Shown one piece after another: positions 37,607-45,290 of a DNA stretch of 64,000 nt. Under the pieces are notes generated by a model that worked only from the letters and a program-made list of their open reading frames with translations, searched no databases and was not told the DNA's origin. The first letter of the stretch is position 1. Every line of letters begins with the position of its first letter. The DNA lies in IMG/VR virus record IMGVR_UViG_3300033146_002768, positions 1-64,000 of that record; one strand, given 5' to 3'. A program made the position numbers and the translations under genes.

Positions 37607-40183
37607 GTGAATACAGATGAAGTTATTATAGGTCCTGATTATACAAGTATTATTGCTGGGAATGATGATGTACAAGGATTCCATAGAGACTTGAAAATCG
37701 GAGAAAAAACTGAAGTTCCATTTAATCCTTTATGTAGAAGAAGGACTATTAGAACAAGTGATTTTTATGCTAATTTGAAAAATAAAATTTCACCAACAAC
37801 TGAGGTTTTACCTGACGGATGTAAGTTTTTTGATATTAGCACAACTGGTAGTAAAATGTTTGTTATTGAGCAACCGCCAAACATTAGAACCATTAGGGTT
37901 GATATTGGGATAGAGCAGTTAATTGAAAAATTAAGATTAACTGGTAAATTAAAAGAATATGGATATGAGAATTATAAAAAAGATTTTAAAAGACATAAAG
38001 ACGGATATTATAATTTTCAACTTGCATTTCCATTTGTTGTTTTAATTATTGTATTAAATTCAAGAAATGAAATGTGCGAAATTCAACCATTCTTTAGAAC
38101 TACACCAGTTACAAGTGTATTAGATCATTTATATATAGCACCATTGTATAATGTTCCTACTGAACAAACGATGTGTATGGGGAGTGGTATTAGATCTTAC
38201 AATAGTATTTCCGAAACGATTGATAACATTGTTGAACATTTCTGGATAAATGTCTATAACCAAGATTATACAAACAACTTGACTAAATATGGAAAAACTG
38301 AAGAATACCGAGTTCATGATTATTTAACTTGGGCATACTTTACAAAACAAGATCCGATGTTTGTATTTGATGTCGACTGGATTCCATATCATTTAAAAAT
38401 AGTTGATATTTTAAACAATATTAATACGAAGAGAGGTAGAACAAATTCATCTCATGATTCATATAATAGTATTTTTGGATCGGCATTTGAAGCTACATCG
38501 ACAAGAAATAATACCAAAGCAATAGTTCATAATACAACATATTCAATGGCAATAAAACAGGGAGTCACAATAACTGTTGGTGATGAAATTTCATACAAAG
38601 ATGAAAAGATGTATTTATATTCAATTTTAGCTGATAAAAATGGTTCATATGCAGGAGTTGAACTTGAAAATGAAAAGGGTGAAATTGAACATATAGAGTT
38701 TAAAACTTTTGAGAAAAACTACAAAAATGCAATTAAAATTGTAAAACTCGATAAAGTTATTATAAACGGTAAGACGCTTAGCGAAGGGGATATTATTTCT
38801 TTTGATGTTCTTGGAAACACAGTTTATAAAACAGTTCAATCAATCAGACAAGCTAAAGATGGTAGATTGGAAGCACTGATGAATAATGATCACTATCTAA
38901 TTGATAATTTAAAATTTGATATATTCGATTCATCAGCAATAAAAATAAATGGCTTACCTATTGATAAGAAAGGCACGTATCATATGCTTGCTATTCAAGA
39001 CAGTAGCTGTCCTCTTTATCAAGTTTATGATTGTAAATTTCATTCACTTAGTGTTGGAAGTGGTAGTAGTATATCAATTAAATTTGAAGCAACAAATGGT
39101 AATATGTATTACTTGAATCATAAAAATCATTTAGCTGGAACATCTGAATATGAGTTTATCAATAATGATTTAATTGAAATTCCTCCAGTTTTAATGTGGT
39201 TTGATAAATTAATGACTAATAGAAAGGTAACTGAGTATAACGAACATTTTAAAATTATAAAGGGTCGTGGTATAAGTGTTGGTATTGGAATGAGAGTTAG
39301 AAGTTATTTTAATGGTGGTCAAGAGATATTAAAAACAATATTAATAGAAGACAATACTAGGTTACATATTCCAACTATTGGAACAGATATTGACTTTAGA
39401 GTTGGTGATCCAATTGTTTATGCTGGATGGAAAAATCCAGAAGATATGTTATTGATTTCTTCTATTACAAGATTTGAATATGATGAAAATCGGAATATGT
39501 TTTATGTTTATAGTATGACTTTGAATAAAAAGAAAGAGTTTAAAATTCCTTTTATTAATTTTGGAAATAATAGAGTTAATGTTGGAATTATTAGGAAAGT
39601 TACATCAAAATTTGGTACCTGGTCATCTGGTGATAAAATTATTGCTGAAACGCCTGGAGTAACTAACTTTCCTAAAAAGGATGTTAATACTATTATTGCT
39701 TTTATTGATGATGGTAATGTTAAATATCCATTAGCACTTTGTTCTAACTTATGTACTTTATGGATGAATGATGATACCATGAGCAAGTTTAAAGTACTTA
39801 AGTTTAAATCAGCACCATGGAAAAAAGTTGAGAGTAATTTATTTAATATAGAAAAAATTAAATATCAACATGGTGATATGTTTAGATCTACTCAATATAA
39901 TTTCTCATCTATTTATGTTGCTACAAAACGAAATGGATCAAGTTATGGAATGGATCTATCATATTGTAGTAATTATGGAACTATCGACAATGGAGGAGAA
40001 GCTAATAAAAGCTATCTAGATCGTTCTTTTATAAGATATGGAATTTTAACACCTCGATATGCAACTACATCTTCTCAAGCTTCCAAGATTTCACAAGGAT
40101 TCCCGAATATGTTAGGTGGATATTATTTTAACAAGTATGCAGGAACTTACTTTAGAAGTGATCAATTTAAGGAGGATTTTTAA
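37607..40183 (+). CDS. Prokaryotic E2 family D-like protein (PRTRC protein B-like) with a ~600-aa C-terminal extension
   Basis: FPF, HLYIAPLYNV...MCMG (Cys190), FW...YN; sits in a JAB/ThiF/Ubl context. Confidence 0.7.
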   Translation: MNTDEVIIGPDYTSIIAGNDDVQGFHRDLKIGEKTEVPFNPLCRRRTIRTSDFYANLKNKISPTTEVLPDGCKFFDISTTGSKMFVIEQPPNIRTIRVDIGIEQLIEKLRLTGKLKEYGYENYKKDFKRHKDGYYNFQLAFPFVVLIIVLNSRNEMCEIQPFFRTTPVTSVLDHLYIAPLYNVPTEQTMCMGSGIRSYNSISETIDNIVEHFWINVYNQDYTNNLTKYGKTEEYRVHDYLTWAYFTKQDPMFVFDVDWIPYHLKIVDILNNINTKRGRTNSSHDSYNSIFGSAFEATSTRNNTKAIVHNTTYSMAIKQGVTITVGDEISYKDEKMYLYSILADKNGSYAGVELENEKGEIEHIEFKTFEKNYKNAIKIVKLDKVIINGKTLSEGDIISFDVLGNTVYKTVQSIRQAKDGRLEALMNNDHYLIDNLKFDIFDSSAIKINGLPIDKKGTYHMLAIQDSSCPLYQVYDCKFHSLSVGSGSSISIKFEATNGNMYYLNHKNHLAGTSEYEFINNDLIEIPPVLMWFDKLMTNRKVTEYNEHFKIIKGRGISVGIGMRVRSYFNGGQEILKTILIEDNTRLHIPTIGTDIDFRVGDPIVYAGWKNPEDMLLISSITRFEYDENRNMFYVYSMTLNKKKEFKIPFINFGNNRVNVGIIRKVTSKFGTWSSGDKIIAETPGVTNFPKKDVNTIIAFIDDGNVKYPLALCSNLCTLWMNDDTMSKFKVLKFKSAPWKKVESNLFNIEKIKYQHGDMFRSTQYNFSSIYVATKRNGSSYGMDLSYCSNYGTIDNGGEANKSYLDRSFIRYGILTPRYATTSSQASKISQGFPNMLGGYYFNKYAGTYFRSDQFKEDF

Positions 40184-40184
40184 T

Positions 40185-41309
40185 ATGTTTCCAATTTGGA
40201 TGAATGATGGAGAAACAGAAATGCCGACAGACGATATATTTTATATCGTAGCGAAAGATGGAATTTATTTGAAGAAGAGTATGGGACATTTTGATACTGT
40301 ATCAAAAGTAGATGAAATCTCAATGCTCGGAGAATGTGAATCGTTTGCATTACTCCATGTATCAAAAATTACAACGAGACAATTTGCTCAGATCCTTACT
40401 TTATTTAGGGAGGTTTATAAAAAATATAAAGCAGAATGTAATGTAATTTTACATTATAACATCAAAAGAAAAAGATATAGAATTGAAGTACCTCGACAGG
40501 ACGTATCAGGAGCAAGTGTTGATTATGCAAATGGTGAAGAATCTTATAAAAATTATATAAGAATCGGAACTATTCATAGTCATGCTAATATGACAGCATT
40601 TCATTCAGGAACAGATCAGAGTGACGAAGAAGGTTGGGATGGATTACATATCACTCTTGGAAAGATGGATGAAGATTATTTTGAAATATCTTGTTCTGTT
40701 ATGTCAAGTGGTGAAAGATTCATGGTTAATCCAGAAGATTACATTGAAGGAGTTGAGCTTATTGAATATGAAGTTCAGCGAAGTTATAAAGTTTATTCGT
40801 GGGAGAAAGGAAAGCAAATTGAGAAACCCCTTGAAAGAAAACTGGGTTATATCACTAATGCCCCTGAGAAAGATTTATGTCATCCAAAGAAATGGATGGA
40901 CAATGTTGATAAACATATACCAAAAGCGGTATCTCGTTATGGTGGTTACAATTATGGACAGTATGGAATGTATGGACATAATTATGTACCTGGTATGTAT
41001 TCCAGTAGAAGATCAATAGAAAATTTCTATGATTATACAAATCCAAAAGGAGATGGTTTAACGGTTGGTCAAAATGCATTATTTTCTGATTTGGAAATCG
41101 GAGACGATGAATGGAATGCTTGTATTCAATGTCCTTATAAAGAACATAAAGTTGGTGCATTAATTGAATCATATTTGAAACAGGCAACAGAAGATGAATT
41201 AGCAGAAATGGGGTTATTTTATCTTGAACTTGCTGATGAAACAGACAATTCTTTTGATGTTAATGAAAATGGTATAGACATAAACAAAGGCACTCAAGCT
41301 AAAAAATAG
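40185..41309 (+). CDS. JAB/MPN metallopeptidase (PRTRC protein A-like deubiquitinase)
   Basis: AGGAGG RBS; N-terminal YIVAKDGIYL; upstream Glu (AEC); HSH...AFHSGTD..DE JAMM motif. Confidence 0.88.
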   Translation: MFPIWMNDGETEMPTDDIFYIVAKDGIYLKKSMGHFDTVSKVDEISMLGECESFALLHVSKITTRQFAQILTLFREVYKKYKAECNVILHYNIKRKRYRIEVPRQDVSGASVDYANGEESYKNYIRIGTIHSHANMTAFHSGTDQSDEEGWDGLHITLGKMDEDYFEISCSVMSSGERFMVNPEDYIEGVELIEYEVQRSYKVYSWEKGKQIEKPLERKLGYITNAPEKDLCHPKKWMDNVDKHIPKAVSRYGGYNYGQYGMYGHNYVPGMYSSRRSIENFYDYTNPKGDGLTVGQNALFSDLEIGDDEWNACIQCPYKEHKVGALIESYLKQATEDELAEMGLFYLELADETDNSFDVNENGIDINKGTQAKK

Positions 41310-41321
41310 GAGATTTAGAAT

Positions 41322-42002
41322 ATGAACATTGTAGTTATAGGATTGGGTGGAGTTGGATCTATACTTTGTGACAATTTAGCCAGATATTTAAATTACTCAG
41401 ATGACTTAAAAGCAACTGTTAATTTAATTGATGGTGATCACTTTGAAGCAAAGAATAGTATTAGACAAACATTTATTAGATTGGGTGACAAAGCTGCAGT
41501 CAAAAAGGCTGAATTAAGTCATAGATTTGATAACGTTAATTTTCTGGATTTCAATGAGTTTATCAATGAAGATAATGTAAGTGCATTGATTCCTGAAGAT
41601 TCAATTGTTTTTATATGTGTTGACAATCATATATCAAGAAAAGTTATTTCTGATCATTGTTCAACACTTCAAAATATTACTGTCGTATCTGGTGGAAATG
41701 AATATACAGATGGTAATGTGCAACTACATAAACGAGAAGGAGGTAAGAATGTCACTGCGTCATTAACGGAGTATCATCCAGAGATTGAGTACCCCGAGGA
41801 TCAATCTCCAGAAGATATGAGTTGTGAAGAGTTATCACACTCTGAGCCACAGCTATTGTTCACGAATTTAACCGTTGCAACAATAATGTGTTGGGTGTTC
41901 TATGCAATTCATAAAGGTGAAGATGTAACAAAATGTGGCGAAATTTATTTTGACATAACGTCAATGGCTACATTAGCGAAAAAGAGAAATTCTAGAATTT
42001 AA
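41322..42002 (+). CDS. ThiF/E1-like ubiquitin-activating enzyme
   Basis: GLGGVG, DGD...N..RQ, K, CVDN..SR, catalytic-type SCEE (Cys168), Q...N. Confidence 0.9.
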   Translation: MNIVVIGLGGVGSILCDNLARYLNYSDDLKATVNLIDGDHFEAKNSIRQTFIRLGDKAAVKKAELSHRFDNVNFLDFNEFINEDNVSALIPEDSIVFICVDNHISRKVISDHCSTLQNITVVSGGNEYTDGNVQLHKREGGKNVTASLTEYHPEIEYPEDQSPEDMSCEELSHSEPQLLFTNLTVATIMCWVFYAIHKGEDVTKCGEIYFDITSMATLAKKRNSRI

Positions 42003-42033
42003 CTTAAGAAAAAATTATTTAGGAGAATTAAAC

Positions 42034-42993
42034 ATGACTACCGAAACTATTGAAACTTTGAATACTAAAACAGTTGCACAGCTTAAAGACATCCTTAGAG
42101 CAAGAAAAATCGTTGGGATGTTCAAGAAACCCAAAGCAGTTATTATTAAAGCAATCGTTGATGCTGCTACTTCTGCATCAGTTGCATCTGCAAAACCTGC
42201 TATTAAATCTAAAGCTGCAGTACCTACAAAGATTACTGCTGCAAAATTTAATATGTCAAGTGTTATGACAAAACCCAATGCAAAACCTGGCGACAAAACT
42301 ACAACTACCATTCAGGTATCTTGTGGTGCTAACTCTGCAGATTTCCCTGTTACTGGAAAACCTGTTGGTGCTGTTCAGGAATTTCTTAAAGAAGTTCTTA
42401 ATATCGACAGACTCGCTGAGGGTCAGGTTGCTGGTAAACCTGTTGGTTCTGATTATATCTTGAAAGAAGGCGATGTACTTGAGTTCATCAAACCTGCTGG
42501 TCGTAAGGGTGCTGATGAAACTGCCACATCTCTTGATAAACTAACTGTTGTTGGACTTAAAGATATTCTAAGAGCCCGTAAAATTGTTGGATATTTTAAA
42601 GCTGGTAAAGCTGGAATCATTGCTGCTATCCTTGCTGATACTGCTGCAAAAGCTGATTTCCCTTCTACTGCACCTGCTGCTGTTAAAGCTAAAAATGCTG
42701 TACCTACAAAGATTACTGCAGCAAAATTTAACATGACAAGTGTTATGACAAAACCTAATGCAAAGGTTGGTGATAAAACCACAACTACCATTCAGGTATC
42801 TTGTGGTGCTAACTCTTCTGACTTCCCTGTTGTTGGTAAACCTGTTGGGGCAGTTCAGGAATTCCTTAAAGAAGTCTTGAATATTGATAGACTTGCTGAG
42901 GGTCAGGTTGCTGGTAAACCTGTAGGTTCTGATTATGTACTTGCAGAAGGTGATGTACTTGAGTTTATTAAACCTGCTGGTCGTAAAGGCTAG
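42034..42993 (+). CDS. Tandem (Rho_N-like domain, linker, ubiquitin-like domain) x2, each ending KPAGRKG
   Basis: Units at 42034-42510 and 42511-42990. L..KTV.QLK.I.R...I.G..K..K..II is a Rho_N/HeH pattern; the beta-grasp-like part ends EGDVLEFIKPAGRKG. Confidence 0.8.
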   Translation: MTTETIETLNTKTVAQLKDILRARKIVGMFKKPKAVIIKAIVDAATSASVASAKPAIKSKAAVPTKITAAKFNMSSVMTKPNAKPGDKTTTTIQVSCGANSADFPVTGKPVGAVQEFLKEVLNIDRLAEGQVAGKPVGSDYILKEGDVLEFIKPAGRKGADETATSLDKLTVVGLKDILRARKIVGYFKAGKAGIIAAILADTAAKADFPSTAPAAVKAKNAVPTKITAAKFNMTSVMTKPNAKVGDKTTTTIQVSCGANSSDFPVVGKPVGAVQEFLKEVLNIDRLAEGQVAGKPVGSDYVLAEGDVLEFIKPAGRKG

Positions 42994-43009
42994 TATTTAA
43001 AGTTGAATA

Positions 43010-43043
43010 AATTAAGGGGTGGGTTAATTCTCACCCCTTAATT
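43010..43043 (+). terminator. Stem-loop after the Ubl gene
   Basis: AATTAAGGGGTGGG-TTAATT-CTCACCCCTTAATT. Confidence 0.6.
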
Positions 43044-43055
43044 AAAAGGAGAATC

Positions 43056-43538
43056 ATGACTGATATAACTTTAATTGAAGAAACAGAAAAGTATTATCTT
43101 GGTGAAATTGATAATAAAGTAGTAAAGTTATTTAAAATTAATACAAAAGATATGGAGACTAAACGCCAAGAAGAATTGAATATACTTGCTGGATTTTTAG
43201 ATGATGAAAACATAATCAATTTATTAATTCAATGTGATCAAATTATAACTATGCCTCCAACAGTTGATGTTTATATGGAAGTATGCAATGTATTAATTAC
43301 AAGACTTAAAAATATTGAAGAAGAAATTTTAAATAAAGGAAATGCGAGAAACATTTGTTTTCAATATATAAAACAACTTGATCCTTCTTACTATGGAAAA
43401 GCTCAAACTTTTATGAAGAATATAAAATTCTTATATTCAGATTTAATTCAAATAATGAAGTTAATGGAACATAGAGGTTTAACTGATTATAAATTAAAAG
43501 ATACAGAACTTCTAAGTTTTGATAAAATTAAGTCTTGA
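43056..43538 (+). CDS. Hypothetical helical protein
   Basis: ORF with AAGGAG RBS. Confidence 0.6.
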   Translation: MTDITLIEETEKYYLGEIDNKVVKLFKINTKDMETKRQEELNILAGFLDDENIINLLIQCDQIITMPPTVDVYMEVCNVLITRLKNIEEEILNKGNARNICFQYIKQLDPSYYGKAQTFMKNIKFLYSDLIQIMKLMEHRGLTDYKLKDTELLSFDKIKS

Positions 43539-43587
43539 TTTATGAAATTGTATCATATATAATATGAAACAAATTGGAGTGAATGAA

Positions 43588-44463
43588 ATGTATAAACGAA
43601 TAGCAGTTATTGGAGTGGGGTCATTGGGAGGTTTCTTTGCTGAAAGCATTTCTAAGATTAAAGATTTACAAACATTAATATTAATAGATCCAGATTTCGT
43701 TGAGGAAAAGAATCTGAATAAATCTATTTATCGAAAAAGAGATATAGGAGTTTATAAAGTTTATGCTTTAAGATCAATTATTCGAGAAAAAAATGAGAAT
43801 TTGATTATCGAATCATCTCCTATTGAATATATTGAAAGAAAGATACAAATGCCTGAGGTTGATCTTGTTGTTGATTGCAGAGATGAAATTGTTAGTAGAT
43901 GTGGCGAAATAGATATTAGATTATATATTGCATATAGAACTCTAATTCTTGATTGTAAAAAGATTCATAAAGTTGAGAAATCGTTAGCGGGAAAATATAT
44001 TCATAATTTGAATATGTTTGAAATTTCATCAGTAGCAAATGCAGTTGCTCAATTAATATATTCAGGTAGAATAAAAGAATTTATTAATAAAGAAATTATT
44101 TATCAAATACCAGTAGATACATCTTTAAAAGATGCTAATGAATGTCTTGATGATTTTAATAATTGTCCTGATATAGTAGTAGATCATTATGCAGGGTCAG
44201 AAATTATTAGAAACCTTCATATAACTCTTCCAAAAATAGTTGAACTTAATAAAACAAAAGCGTTATCAATTATTGTTGGAGAAGCTGAATGTTTAAGTGT
44301 TGATGTTTTAACTGTTAAAAGAAATGAGATTTCTAAATATGGAGAAGCAGTTAAATACTTAACAGATTTAACTCAAAGTTTAGTGCCTCATAAAGAGTAT
44401 TACACAGTTAAAGTAAATAAGAAAGGATACATTGAGCTCTTACCTGAAACAGGAGCAGCATAA
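43588..44463 (+). CDS. Second, divergent ThiF/E1-like protein
   Basis: IAVIGVGSLGG, IDPDFVEEKNLNK, DIG.YKV, DLVVDCRD; the C-terminal half is unrecognised. Confidence 0.75.
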   Translation: MYKRIAVIGVGSLGGFFAESISKIKDLQTLILIDPDFVEEKNLNKSIYRKRDIGVYKVYALRSIIREKNENLIIESSPIEYIERKIQMPEVDLVVDCRDEIVSRCGEIDIRLYIAYRTLILDCKKIHKVEKSLAGKYIHNLNMFEISSVANAVAQLIYSGRIKEFINKEIIYQIPVDTSLKDANECLDDFNNCPDIVVDHYAGSEIIRNLHITLPKIVELNKTKALSIIVGEAECLSVDVLTVKRNEISKYGEAVKYLTDLTQSLVPHKEYYTVKVNKKGYIELLPETGAA

Positions 44464-44471
44464 GGAGGGCA

Positions 44472-44954
44472 ATGATAGAAGGAAAAGAGTATTTTAGATC
44501 TATTGATGTAATTAAACCAAGAATGGCTATATTTAAATATAAACATTATGATATCAAAAAATTACATCCAAACTATATTATTCGTGAATGGTATATTATA
44601 GTGAATAATAAAATAGATAAGATAATTGAAAATGTTATACTTGCTGATTGTTGGCATCCAAATGCTTGGAGTGAAGGTCCTGAAAATTATGGTATTAATA
44701 AACCTCCACAATTTTCTAGATATTGTTTGCCTAATGATGTGATTGGAGCAAAATTAGTAAGCAATGAATTGATGGAAAAGTATAGATGGAATAAAGAGAA
44801 AAGACCTTCATATGTAACTTATTCAAAAAGAATTATTGAGGAACATTTTTTAAAAATTTGGTCAATGGATGACCCACATCATTATCCATCAACAAAACAT
44901 ATAAATACTGAACCATCATTACCAAAGGAGATTGTGTATGAGCGATATATTTAG
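44472..44954 (+). CDS. Hypothetical protein, possibly E2/UBC-like
   Basis: WHPNA...YCLP...WSMDDP; HPN-to-Cys spacing is longer than canonical. Confidence 0.4.
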   Translation: MIEGKEYFRSIDVIKPRMAIFKYKHYDIKKLHPNYIIREWYIIVNNKIDKIIENVILADCWHPNAWSEGPENYGINKPPQFSRYCLPNDVIGAKLVSNELMEKYRWNKEKRPSYVTYSKRIIEEHFLKIWSMDDPHHYPSTKHINTEPSLPKEIVYERYI

Positions 44955-45288
44955 TGAAGAAATGGAGAAGGCGATAATTGATTTATTCAATAAAAGATTT
45001 AAACAATTAAAGATAGCCGAAATATTTGATACTCACGAAGATGTTTTAAAGGGTATTGAAAAAACTATTAAAAATGTAAAATCTGATGTTGAAGAAAATC
45101 ATGATGAAATTAGAGATTTACAAGATGAAATAGAGAATTATGTTAAACAAACCGACTTGGAAGAATTAGTTGGAAGATCGATGTTAAAATTAGTTCCAAG
45201 TTTTAATTTAAGAATAGCAAAGGAGGTAAAGTTTCATTTAGTGGCAATTGCCGGACTTATGCAAGAAACTTTTAAAGAAAAGGATTAA
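44938..45288 (+). CDS. Coiled-coil hypothetical protein
   Basis: AAGGAG RBS; heptad-rich. Confidence 0.6.
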   Translation: MSDIFSEEMEKAIIDLFNKRFKQLKIAEIFDTHEDVLKGIEKTIKNVKSDVEENHDEIRDLQDEIENYVKQTDLEELVGRSMLKLVPSFNLRIAKEVKFHLVAIAGLMQETFKEKD

Positions 45289-45290
45289 TA

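Noticed and set aside
40621-42463. Alternate-frame + strand ORFs 40621-41019, 42074-42268 and 42278-42463
   Set aside because: They lie fully inside the JAB and Ubl genes and are explained by codon bias.
41322-42993. ThiF/ThiS thiamine or MoeB/MoaD sulfur-relay interpretation
   Set aside because: No thiamine, molybdopterin or cysteine desulfurase genes nearby; an E2-like gene is present; and the Ubl ends RKG with fused Rho_N domains. Not excluded experimentally.
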